Of a stretch of 64,000 nt of DNA, positions 1 to 15,860 are shown piece by piece. The translations under genes and the position numbers were made by a program. Below the pieces are notes generated by a model. That model ran no database searches, was not told the DNA's origin, and saw nothing but the letters and a program-made list of their open reading frames with translations. The first letter of the stretch is position 1; each line of letters begins with the position of its first letter. Source of the stretch: Eledone cirrhosa (taxonomy: Eukaryota); assembly GCA_964016885.1 (NCBI GenBank), contig OZ024743.1:303180001-303244000 (forward strand), given 5' to 3'.

Positions 1-7
1 ATATATG

Positions 8-40
<33 letters not shown>

Positions 41-79
41 GTATATATATATATATATATATACATATATATGTATATA

Positions 80-232
<153 letters not shown>

Positions 233-256
233 GTATATATATATATATGTATATAT

Positions 257-569
257 GACTCCAGTTCCCCAGTGAATTAACAACCCAGCAAGGAACTGGG
301 CATATCAGAGTATTGACAATATCATACACCTAAACAACATATGTACTTGTCTATACCATACTAATTCAAACTGCCTGAAGAGGTCACAGCGAAAGATGGC
401 TGTCACTGAAATATATATAGCAGTAATAAACGAAGCTAAATTTTAATCATTTGACTTTTATTTAACTTTATTTTACACTACTCCGGAGTTACCAAACCAA
501 CCTGCGCACATCGTCGAGTGCTCCAGCCTGCATACTGAGGTGTTGGTATACAACCAACATAAACTCAAA
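257..569 (+). mobile_element. Short non-coding hammerhead-bearing insert (PLE pLTR fragment or retrozyme-like) in (TA)n
   Basis: 313 bp unique island flanked by (TA)n on both sides. It contains an HHR motif at 370-424 followed directly by AATAAA. Confidence 0.65.
370..424 (+). ncRNA. Type I hammerhead ribozyme motif (family A)
   Basis: ACTGC-CTGAAGA-GGTCACAGC gaaagatg GCTGTCACT-GAA-ATATATAT-A-GCAGT. Stem I ACTGC/GCAGT, intact core, paired stem II, palindromic stem III, AUA cleavage triplet. Confidence 0.85.
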
Positions 570-576
570 ATGTATA

Positions 577-656
<80 letters not shown>

Positions 657-679
657 TATGTATATATACGTATGTATAT

Positions 680-722
<43 letters not shown>

Positions 723-723
723 C

Positions 724-795
<72 letters not shown>

Positions 796-820
796 GTATA
801 TATATATATATATATAGAGA

Positions 821-1036
821 GAATTAGCCGTCGACACGGCTTGAGCTCAGCCGTCGGGGTCTTACTTGTTCCTATTACCCACTCTACTACCCTAAGTATT
901 GAGTACTTTGGTGCGTTTTGGTCCACCTGGTTCCTTACCACATTTCCTTCGTTATACATATATATATATATATACATAACTATCACCTATACTCCCTTGT
1001 TTTCTCTCTCTCGATACCTAAATTCTGTATATATCT
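821..1036. repeat. Dispersed (TA)n-associated repeat, copy 1
   Basis: GAATTAGCCGTCGACACGGCTTGAGC... recurs at 1948, at 2854 and inverted at 18177-18296. Confidence 0.9.
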
Positions 1037-1049
1037 ATATATATATATT

Positions 1050-1118
<69 letters not shown>

Positions 1119-1218
1119 TTGGTTGATAGAAAAGGGAATTCATTAAAAACTAACTCTACAAAGCTATAGTTAATTTTTATTTTTTATTTTTTATTTTACA
1201 GTAAAAATAAAAATTAAC

Positions 1219-1288
<70 letters not shown>

Positions 1289-1326
1289 TATATATATAGA
1301 TATATATATATATATATATATGTAGA

Positions 1327-1370
<44 letters not shown>

Positions 1371-1800
1371 TTATTATATATATATATGTATATATATATA
1401 TCTATATGTATATACATATGTATATATATCTATATCTATATGTATATATATATCTATATGTATATACATATGTATATATATATATATCTATATGTATATA
1501 CATATGTATGTATATATCTCTATATGTATATATATATGTATATATATATATATATCTATATGTATATATATATGTATATTTATATATCTATATGTATATA
1601 TATATGTATATATATATATATATCTATATGTATATATATATGTATATATATATATATATATCTATATCTATATATATATGTATATATATATATATCTATA
1701 TGTATATGTATATGTATATATATATGTATATATATATATATCTATATGTATATATATATGTATATATATATGTATATATATATATATCTATATGTATATA

Positions 1801-1849
<49 letters not shown>

Positions 1850-1947
1850 ATATGTATATATATATGTATATATATCTATATATATATATATGTATATATA
1901 TATTATATGTATATATATATATATGTATACTATATATATATATATAT

Positions 1948-2051
1948 AATTAGCCGTCGACACGGCTTGAGCTCAGCCGTCGGGGTCTTACTTGTTCCTA
2001 TTACCCACTCTACTACCCTAAGTATTGAGTACTTTGGTGCGTTTTGGTCCA
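1948..2051. repeat. Dispersed (TA)n-associated repeat, copy 2 (truncated)
   Basis: Matches the first ~104 bp of 821-1036. Confidence 0.9.
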
Positions 2052-2119
2052 TATATATCTATATGTATATACATATGTATATATATATATATATCTATAT
2101 GTATATATATATGTATATA

Positions 2120-2208
<89 letters not shown>

Positions 2209-2215
2209 GTATATA

Positions 2216-2260
<45 letters not shown>

Positions 2261-2325
2261 GTATATATATATGTATATATATAGATATATATAGATATAT
2301 ATATATGTATATATATATGTATATA

Positions 2326-2379
<54 letters not shown>

Positions 2380-2380
2380 A

Positions 2381-2553
<173 letters not shown>

Positions 2554-2563
2554 TATGTATATG

Positions 2564-2597
<34 letters not shown>

Positions 2598-2611
2598 TAT
2601 GTATGTATATG

Positions 2612-2661
<50 letters not shown>

Positions 2662-2666
2662 TATAC

Positions 2667-2748
<82 letters not shown>

Positions 2749-2749
2749 G

Positions 2750-2828
<79 letters not shown>

Positions 2829-2853
2829 GTATATATATATATATATATATATA

Positions 2854-3068
2854 GAATTAGCCGTCGACACGGCTTGAGCTCAGCCGTCGGGGTCTTACTT
2901 GTTCCTATTTCCCACTCTACTACCCTAAGTATTGAGTACTTTGGTGCGTTTTGGTCCACCTGGTTCCTTACCACATTTCCTTCGTTATACATATATATAT
3001 ATATATACATAAGTATCACCTATACTCCCTTGTTTTCTCTCTCTCGATACCTAAATTCTGTATATATC
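2854..3068. repeat. Dispersed (TA)n-associated repeat, copy 3
   Basis: Near-identical to 821-1036, including the internal TA run and the following ~70 bp. Confidence 0.9.
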
Positions 3069-3095
3069 TATATATATATATATACATATATATAT

Positions 3096-3350
<255 letters not shown>

Positions 3351-3360
3351 GATATATATG

Positions 3361-3464
<104 letters not shown>

Positions 3465-3470
3465 GAGATA

Positions 3471-3568
<98 letters not shown>

Positions 3569-3576
3569 AATAGATA

Positions 3577-3674
<98 letters not shown>

Positions 3675-3711
3675 TATATATATATATATATATATGTAGA
3701 TAAATATATAT

Positions 3712-3760
<49 letters not shown>

Positions 3761-3761
3761 G

Positions 3762-3860
<99 letters not shown>

Positions 3861-3876
3861 TGTATATATATATATA

Positions 3877-6800
3877 CGATAGTTATAGCTCTGATTCATC
3901 TGAATTATTGAGCCCCCTGCCGCTCATATCGAATTTCGTTTATCGTGAACTCGTGCGCCGATTTTTCGATACTCGATCTTTCTAATATATTTAGCTCTGG
4001 ACATAGCTATCCACCAGTTAATTTTATTGCTCATTTTTTGTCGATTCTATTGAGTGATGAATAGCTTTTGTTTTATTTTAACATGTCTATTGAGCACTCT
4101 AATTCGATATGTGTATTTCCACATTCACTCGAATTGTTTTCGCGGATATAGGGGTCATCTCCCTTGTCTAATGCCATGTGCGTTTTTCACCGCTAGTTGA
4201 CTCCTCTGCCGCCAGGAAAAAACTCGTTGATAACGTAAACCTCCGTTCCACTTGCTCTAGTAGGCTTTTATATTTATATGTGAGCTGATAGAGTACAGTC
4301 TAAGGATTTACAGAAACCCATGAAGCTAGATTTAACACCTTTCTAGTGGGTCCGGGTATGATTTTACATTCATTTAAATTATTGACGTATTGTTTTATTG
4401 ATATTTTTTATCTGTTTGGCCCGAATCTTCCTTTATCGATTTTAAATCGTATGGTTGATTGTAGACTTGTTCTATATGTGACGGTATTTTAACGATAGTT
4501 ATAGCTCTGATTCATCTGAATTATTGAGCCCTCTGCCGCTCATATCGAATTTCGTTTATCGTGAACTCGTGCGCCGATTTTTCGATACTCGATCTTTCTA
4601 ATATATTTAGCTCTGGACATAGCTATCCACCAGTTAATTTTATTGCTCATTTTTTGTCGATTCTATTGAGTGATGAATAGCTTTTGTTTTATTTTAACAT
4701 GTCTATTGAGCACTCTAATTCGATATGTGTATTTCCACATTCACTCGAATTGTTTTCGCGGATATAGGGGTCATCTCCCTTGTCTAATGCCATGTGCGTT
4801 TTTCACCGCTAGTTGACTCCTCTGCCGCCAGGAAAAAACTCGTTGATAACGTAAACCTCCGTTCCACTTGCTCTAGTAGGCTTTTATATTTATATGTGAG
4901 CTGATAGAGTACAGTCTAAGGATTTACAGAAACCCATGAAGCTAGATTTAACACCTTTCTAGTGGGTCCGGGTATGATTTTACATTCATTTAAATTATTG
5001 ACGTATTGTTTTATTGATATTTTTTATCTGTTTGGCCCGAATCTTCCTTTATCGATTTTAAATCGTATGGTTGATTGTAGACTTGTTCTATATGTGACGG
5101 TATTTTAACGATAGTTATAGCTCTGATTCATCTGAATTATTGAGCCCTCTGCCGCTCATATCGAATTTCGTTTATCGTGAACTCGTGCGCCGATTTTTCG
5201 ATACTCGATCTTTCTAATATATTTAGCTCTGGACATAGCTATCCACCAGTTAATTTTATTGCTCATTTTTTGTCGATTCTATTGAGTGATGAATAGCTTT
5301 TGTTTTATTTTAACATGTCTATTGAGCACTCTAATTCGATATGTGTATTTCCACATTCACTCGAATTGTTTTCGCGGATATAGGGGTCATCTCCCTTGTC
5401 TAATGCCATGTGCGTTTTTCACCGCTAGTTGACTCCTCTGCCGCCAGGAAAAAACTCGTTGATAACGTAAACCTCCGTTCCACTTGCTCTAGTAGGCTTT
5501 TATATTTATATGTGAGCTGATAGAGTACAGTCTAAGGATTTACAGAAACCCATGAAGCTAGATTTAACACCTTTCTAGTGGGTCCGGGTATGATTTTACA
5601 TTCATTTAAATTATTGACGTATTGTTTTATTGATATTTTTTATCTGTTTGGCCCGAATCTTCCTTTATCGATTTTAAATCGTATGGTTGATTGTAGACTT
5701 GTTCTATATGTGACGGTATTTTAACGATAGTTATAGCTCTGATTCATCTGAATTATTGAGCCCTCTGCCGCTCATATCGAATTTCGTTTATCGTGAACTC
5801 GTGCGCCGATTTTTCGATACTCGATCTTTCTAATATATTTAGCTCTGGACATAGCTATCCACCAGTTAATTTTATTGCTCATTTTTTGTCGATTCTATTG
5901 AGTGATGAATAGCTTTTGTTTTATTTTAACATGTCTATTGAGCACTCTAATTCGATATGTGTATTTCCACATTCACTCGAATTGTTTTCGCGGATATAGG
6001 GGTCATCTCCCTTGTCTAATGCCATGTGCGTTTTTCACCGCTAGTTGACTCCTCTGCCGCCAGGAAAAAACTCGTTGATAACGTAAACCTCCGTTCCACT
6101 TGCTCTAGTAGGCTTTTATATTTATATGTGAGCTGATAGAGTACAGTCTAAGGATTTACAGAAACCCATGAAGCTAGATTTAACACCTTTCTAGTGGGTC
6201 CGGGTATGATTTTACATTCATTTAAATTATTGACGTATTGTTTTATTGATATTTTTTATCTGTTTGGCCCGAATCTTCCTTTATCGATTTTAAATCGTAT
6301 GGTTGATTGTAGACTTGTTCTATATGTGACGGTATTTTAACGATAGTTATAGCTCTGATTCATCTGAATTATTGAGCCCTCTGCCGCTCATATCGAATTT
6401 CGTTTATCGTGAACTCGTGCGCCGATTTTTCGATACTCGATCTTTCTAATATATTTAGCTCTGGACATAGCTATCCACCAGTTAATTTTATTGCTCATTT
6501 TTTGTCGATTCTATTGAGTGATGAATAGCTTTTGTTTTATTTTAACATGTCTATTGAGCACTCTAATTCGATATGTGTATTTCCACATTCACTCGAATTG
6601 TTTTCGCGGATATAGGGGTCATCTCCCTTGTCTAATGCCATGTGCGTTTTTCACCGCTAGTTGACTCCTCTGCCGCCAGGAAAAAACTCGTTGATAACGT
6701 AAACCTCCGTTCCACTTGCTCTAGTAGGCTTTTATATTTATATGTGAGCTGATAGAGTACAGTCTAAGGATTTACAGAAACCCATGAAGCTAGATTTAAC

Positions 6801-9528
6801 ACCTTTCTAGTGGGTCCGGGTATGATTTTACATTCATTTAAATTATTGACGTATTGTTTTATTGATATTTTTTATCTGTTTGGCCCGAATCTTCCTTTAT
6901 CGATTTTAAATCGTATGGTTGATTGTAGACTTGTTCTATATGTGACGGTATTTTAACGATAGTTATAGCTCTGATTCATCTGAATTATTGAGCCCTCTGC
7001 CGCTCATATCGAATTTCGTTTATCGTGAACTTGTGCGCCGATTTTTCGATACTCGATCTTTCTAATATATTTAGCTCTGGACATAGCTATCCACCAGTTA
7101 ATTTTATTGCTCATTTTTTGTCGATTCTATTGAGTGATGAATAGCTTTTGTTTTATTTTAACATGTCTATTGAGCACTCTAATTCGATATGTGTATTTCC
7201 ACATTCACTCGAATTGTTTTCGCGGATATAGGGGTCATCTCCCTTGTCTAATGCCATGTGCGTTTTTCACCGCTAGTTGACTCCTCTGCCGCCAGGAAAA
7301 AACTCGTTGATAACGTAAACCTCCGTTCCACTTGCTCTAGTAGGCTTTTATATTTATATGTGAGCTGATAGAGTACAGTCTAAGGATTTACAGAAACCCA
7401 TGAAGCTAGATTTAACACCTTTCTAGTGGGTCCGGGTATGATTTTACATTCATTTAAATTATTGACGTATTGTTTTATTGATATTTTTTATCTGTTTGGC
7501 CCGAATCTTCCTTTATCGATTTTAAATCGTATGGTTGATTGTAGACTTGTTCTATATGTGACGGTATTTTAACGATAGTTATAGCTCTGATTCATCTGAA
7601 TTATTGAGCCCTCTGCCGCTCATATCGAATTTCGTTTATCGTGAACTCGTGCGCCGATTTTTCGATACTCGATCTTTCTAATATATTTAGCTCTGGACAT
7701 AGCTATCCACCAGTTAATTTTATTGCTCATTTTTTGTCGATTCTATTGAGTGATGAATAGCTTTTGTTTTATTTTAACATGTCTATTGAGCACTCTAATT
7801 CGATATGTGTATTTCCACATTCACTCGAATTGTTTTCGCGGATATAGGGGTCATCTCCCTTGTCTAATGCCATGTGCGTTTTTCACCGCTAGTTGACTCC
7901 TCTGCCGCCAGGAAAAAACTCGTTGATAACGTAAACCTCCGTTCCACTTGCTCTAGTAGGCTTTTATATTTATATGTGAGCTGATAGAGTACAGTCTAAG
8001 GATTTACAGAAACCCATGAAGCTAGATTTAACACCTTTCTAGTGGGTCCGGGTATGATTTTACATTCATTTAAATTATTGACGTATTGTTTTATTGATAT
8101 TTTTTATCTGTTTGGCCCGAATCTTCCTTTATCGATTTTAAATCGTATGGTTGATTGTAGACTTGTTCTATATGTGACGGTATTTTAACGATAGTTATAG
8201 CTCTGATTCATCTGAATTATTGAGCCCTCTGCCGCTCATATCGAATTTCGTTTATCGTGAACTCGTGCGCCGATTTTTCGATACTCGATCTTTCTAATAT
8301 ATTTAGCTCTGGACATAGCTATCCACCAGTTAATTTTATTGCTCATTTTTTGTCGATTCTATTGAGTGATGAATAGCTTTTGTTTTATTTTAACATGTCT
8401 ATTGAGCACTCTAATTCGATATGTGTATTTCCACATTCACTCGAATTGTTTTCGCGGATATAGGGGTCATCTCCCTTGTCTAATGCCATGTGCGTTTTTC
8501 ACCGCTAGTTGACTCCTCTGCCGCCAGGAAAAAACTCGTTGATAACGTAAACCTCCGTTCCACTTGCTCTAGTAGGCTTTTATATTTATATGTGAGCTGA
8601 TAGAGTACAGTCTAAGGATTTACAGAAACCCATGAAGCTAGATTTAACACCTTTCTAGTGGGTCCGGGTATGATTTTACATTCATTTAAATTATTGACGT
8701 ATTGTTTTATTGATATTTTTTATCTGTTTGGCCCGAATCTTCCTTTATCGATTTTAAATCGTATGGTTGATTGTAGACTTGTTCTATATGTGACGGTATT
8801 TTAACGATAGTTATAGCTCTGATTCATCTGAATTATTGAGCCCTCTGCCGCTCATATCGAATTTCGTTTATCGTGAACTCGTGCGCCGATTTTTCGATAC
8901 TCGATCTTTCTAATATATTTAGCTCTGGACATAGCTATCCACCAGTTAATTTTATTGCTCATTTTTTGTCGATTCTATTGAGTGATGAATAGCTTTTGTT
9001 TTATTTTAACATGTCTATTGAGCACTCTAATTCGATATGTGTATTTCCACATTCACTCGAATTGTTTTCGCGGATATAGGGGTCATCTCCCTTGTCTAAT
9101 GCCATGTGCGTTTTTCACCGCTAGTTGACTCCTCTGCCGCCAGGAAAAAACTCGTTGATAACGTAAACCTCCGTTCCACTTGCTCTAGTAGGCTTTTATA
9201 TTTATATGTGAGCTGATAGAGTACAGTCTAAGGATTTACAGAAACCCATGAAGCTAGATTTAACACCTTTCTAGTGGGTCCGGGTATGATTTTACATTCA
9301 TTTAAATTATTGACGTATTGTTTTATTGATATTTTTTATCTGTTTGGCCCGAATCTTCCTTTATCGATTTTAAATCGTATGGTTGATTGTAGACTTGTTC
9401 TATATGTGACGGTATTTTAACGATAGTTATAGCTCTGATTCATCTGAATTATTGAGCCCTCTGCCGCTCATATCGAATTTCGTTTATCGTGAACTCGTGC
9501 GCCGATTTTTCGATACTCAAATCTTTCT
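3877..9528 (+). repeat. Tandem array of a 616 bp unit, 9 full copies plus ~108 bp partial, embedded in (TA)n
   Basis: Unit start CGATAGTTATAGCTCTG at 3877, 4493, 5109, 5725, 6341, 6957, 7573, 8189, 8805 and 9421. The only variants noticed are at 3917, 7031 and ~9519. Confidence 0.97.
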
Positions 9529-11508
<1,980 letters not shown>

Positions 11509-11741
11509 GACTATATATATATATATATATATTAGGAAGTGTGGTTTGTTTACAAAATGAAAAATAACCGAGGTATCCTAAAACGAGTGAAAGTATAAAG
11601 AAGAAATGATGAAATCGAAAATGCAACTGGAGTCTTATTTTTTTTTTTAAATATATATACTTATTTGGTTGCTCTACGGGTTTCGCAGTTCTTCTGCTTT
11701 TCAAAAGTAGAGTTGAGATGGAGAGTCTGTGGTTTTTCTCA

Positions 11742-11941
11742 NNNNNNNNNNNNNNNNNNNNNNNNNNNNNNNNNNNNNNNNNNNNNNNNNNNNNNNNNNN
11801 NNNNNNNNNNNNNNNNNNNNNNNNNNNNNNNNNNNNNNNNNNNNNNNNNNNNNNNNNNNNNNNNNNNNNNNNNNNNNNNNNNNNNNNNNNNNNNNNNNNN
11901 NNNNNNNNNNNNNNNNNNNNNNNNNNNNNNNNNNNNNNNNN
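11742..11941. other. Assembly gap (200 N)
   Basis: Run of N characters. Confidence 1.
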
Positions 11942-12601
<660 letters not shown>

Positions 12602-13033
12602 GGTATATATGTATGTACGTATGAGCATGTAAGTATGTATTTGTAGAGGTGTACATATATGTAAGTGTGTGAATGTGTATGTTTTTAAAAAAAATAAGTA
12701 TATATACGCATATATTTATGTGTGGGCGAACGGATACGTACACTTGAAAGAAAAATTTAAGTATGTATGTGAATGAAGTGCAAACACAAAACCAACCATG
12801 CATATCTTTACTATCTCTAATCCTTCTATAGATTTAGAAAAATAACCAATACAGCCAACGCCAAATAATGAATATTCTATAAAAATGTCAAACTCAACTA
12901 ACAAAATAACAGATGGGAATCTAATTACCCACTGCTATCAAACATTTCTATCTACTCCCTTAACTATTCTTCTAACAACTTCACTCCTCCCTCTTAATAT
13001 TCTCTATAAAAACCAAACAAGTTCTCAATGATA

Positions 13034-13154
13034 TTATTCTGATGAAATGGTAGTTGAAAATAACATTGAAATATTGAGTGTCTGCATAATTAATACTTTG
13101 TAGATAGCAGCTGTTTTCAGGTTATATAACTGTTATTGAAACACGTGTCAATAA
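13034..13154 (+). ncRNA. Type I hammerhead ribozyme motif with greatly extended stem II (family C)
   Basis: TTATT-CTGATGA-AATGGTAGTT...AACTGTTATT-GAA-ACACGTGT-C-AATAA. Stem I TTATT/AATAA, 10 bp stem II base closing a ~70 nt insert, palindromic stem III, GUC triplet. Confidence 0.8.
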
Positions 13155-13190
13155 ATTCCTTTTACTGAACTGTATCCATTTAAATCCTTC

Positions 13191-13251
<61 letters not shown>

Positions 13252-13423
13252 GGGGAGAGAGAGAGAGAGAGCGAGAGAGAGATAAATAGCCAGAAAGACA
13301 GACAGATTGTTAGACAGAGATAGATACATGGAGTGATTCAATCTCTGTACATTTAACCATGAAATGAAGAAGAAGAATACTCTATCAAGAAAAGATTTGT
13401 ATCAAGTGCCTACGCATAGAATG

Positions 13424-13468
<45 letters not shown>

Positions 13469-13470
<2 letters not shown>

Positions 13471-14372
13471 AACAAGGTTTAGTAAATAATGAAAAAGTTT
13501 CAAAATAAATTTTAAAAAATTTACTTTACCTACTATAGTTACCTTTACCGGTCGGTTTCGAATCCCAAAAATAAAACGGAGACCATACGGCCATCGTTGC
13601 AAAGAAAGATTCTCGTCAGAAGGTTCTTTTCATTCAAAGAATATAAAATTCCTGAATTTAAATCACAAACTAGCGCTATCAAAAACTGTTCCTGGGATGA
13701 GAGTGGATGATGTAGAACAGGTTTATCAAGGGCCGTAGCAAACATAGAGGCAAAAGGAGGCAGGTCAAACTAGCCACTGCTATCGCTAGCAGCAGTCGGA
13801 ACGACCAAATTTGTTCTCAACGTTAGTGGAGGTAGTAGTAATAGGAAATACGTTCCTTCACGCACAAGGCGCCAAGGTACGCATGTATTGTCCAACCAAA
13901 TGCCAGTGTGGTTCAATGGCGGGTTAATAAATTAACGAGCCAGAACAAATATAAACAAGGTTTAGTAAATAATGAAAAAGTTTCAAAATAAATTTTTAAA
14001 AATTGACTTTACCTACTATAGTTACCTTTACCGATCGGTTTCGAATAAACCTGTTCTACATCATCCACTCTCATCCCAGGAACAGTTTTTGATAGCGCTA
14101 GTTTGTGATTTAAATTCAGGAATTTTATATTCTTTGAATGAAAAGAACCTTCTGACGAGAATCTTTCTTTGCAACGAAGGCCGTATGGTCTCCGTTTTAT
14201 TTTAGGTAAAGTCAATTTTTTAAAATTTATTTTGAAACTTTTTCATTATTTACTAAACCTTGTTTATATTTGTTCTGGCTCGTTAATGTATTAACCCGCC
14301 ATTGAACCACACTGGCGTTTGGTTGGAAAATACATGCGTACCTTGGCGCCTTGTGCGTGAAGGAACGTATTT

Positions 14373-14377
<5 letters not shown>
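13469..14377. mobile_element. Non-coding HHR element (family D, ~483 bp unit): partial tandem on minus strand plus inverted, internally deleted copy on plus strand
   Basis: 13469-13563 repeats directly at ~13952-14046. 14045-14203 is the inverse of ~13568-13726, and 14203-14377 is the inverse of ~13841-14014. Both outer ends abut (TA)n. Confidence 0.85.
13541..13624 (-). ncRNA. Type I hammerhead ribozyme motif (family D)
   Basis: Minus strand reads ACCTT-CTGACGA-GAATCTT...GGGATTC-GAA-ACCGACCGGT-A-AAGGT. The second copy of stem III at ~14029-14038 is the perfect palindrome ACCGATCGGT. Confidence 0.88.
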
Positions 14378-14465
<88 letters not shown>

Positions 14466-15047
14466 CCTGTGTGTTTGTGTTGTGTATATATGTCTATATG
14501 TTTACAGGCACAAAGCAACATAAGCACGCAAACACACACACCCACAATCAAATGTTCAATTTAATATCATTCTGTAGGTGTTGAAATTTGAATGCAAATT
14601 AGATTGATCATTTCAGTAACGTTATTTTTATGTTGATAGAAATTGCTTTTAAACATATCTCTCTTTCAATATCGACAAATAGATAATTGCCTCTGAAACA
14701 GAAGAATAGATAATTGTTCATGGAACATGTACAGGTAATCTAAACTATATTAGTGGGACGGCACAAGTAAAATTGGAAAATCCTTCAAATTCGTTTATAA
14801 ATTTTCAGTACGGTGCTTGCAAAATATAGTTATGCCTATATTAAATATAGCTTGCAGCAAATCAATGGTAAATAGATTAAACATTATGGCCATCAGTTCA
14901 ACGGGATATTCTTGGCTCACTCTAACTGACTGATCATTTGCCTCTAATATTTGGCCACACCATTTTTCATACGCTACATGTTCATTTGTAGCTGTTTATA
15001 GTTTTACCTCCCTAATCAAAACCAGATACGTTAAGTATTATGACAAT

Positions 15048-15230
15048 TGTTTTTCACATTTGGCACAGGGCCAACACTTACCCCAGTGTATTACTGGTAT
15101 TTTATTTTATCGACCCCGTAAATATGAAAGGCAACGTTTGCCTCGGCTGAATTTTAACTCAGATCATAAAGGGCCAAATCTTTATGCTGCAAAGCATGGT
15201 GTCCGACCCTCTACCGATACTGCCAATCCA
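15048..15230 (-). mobile_element. tRNA-derived SINE (octopus OK/OR-like)
   Basis: Reverse complement of the family at 15280: TGGATTGGCAG head, B-box-like segment, TTTGCCTTTCAT core, GGCCxTGTGCCAAA tail. Confidence 0.8.
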
Positions 15231-15279
15231 ATAACAATGTCATTTAGTTAGGGTTCTCCTAAACCTATATCATTATATT

Positions 15280-15466
15280 TGGATTGGCAGTATAGGTAGA
15301 GGGTCAGACGCCATGCTGTGCAGCAAAGAGTTACGGCCCTTTAGGGTCTGAGTTCAAATCCCGCCGAGGTTAAATTTGCCTTTCATCCTTACAGGATCGA
15401 TATAATACAGTACCAGAAATGCACTGGAATAATTGCTGGCCTTGTGTCAAAAGTAGAAACAATTAT
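15280..15466 (+). mobile_element. tRNA-derived SINE (octopus OK/OR-like)
   Basis: A-box-like TGGCAGTATAGG, B-box GAGTTCAAATCCC, core GCCGAGGTTAAATTTGCCTTTCATCC, tail GCTGGCCTTGTGTCAAAAGTAGAAAC. The family name is from recollection, not a search. Confidence 0.85.
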
Positions 15467-15471
15467 ATTTA

Positions 15472-15556
15472 GGATTGGCAGAATCGGTAGATGGTCGGAC
15501 GCCATGCTTTGACGCATAGAGTTACGGCCCTTGCCATTCAAAAAGTAGAAACAATT
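15472..15556 (+). mobile_element. Internally deleted SINE copy
   Basis: SINE head (GGATTGGCAGAATCGGTAG...GAGTTACGGCCCTT) joined directly to the tail (CAAAAGTAGAAACAATT-like). Confidence 0.75.
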
Positions 15557-15860
15557 TTATTTAAGTTGAGATTATTTATTTTCTTGATAGATTCGCAGAT
15601 CTATTCATGGATTTTAGACTACTTATTCATGCGACCTGGTTTGGCTACCAAAACAATATTCTGTATCGAAATATCTCCTTACGACTCCCTCCTTCTTTCC
15701 CCTCTCTCCCCTTTTAAGAACGTTAATTAACACTAAGATTTTCCTACATATAATGAACAATCTCAGTGATTTTCCTTATTAAATTTTATTCATTCAGGTC
15801 ACCATTAGTTCACCATGACTGTTGGATTTATTCAATGTATCTATATAATTTTATAGTATA

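Noticed and set aside
3877-4492. Array unit as an snRNA, 5S rRNA, tRNA or histone gene repeat
   Set aside because: I could not recognise U1/U2/U4/U5/U6, 5S or tRNA signatures, or an ORF, on either strand. An Rfam scan would be needed to exclude divergent RNAs.
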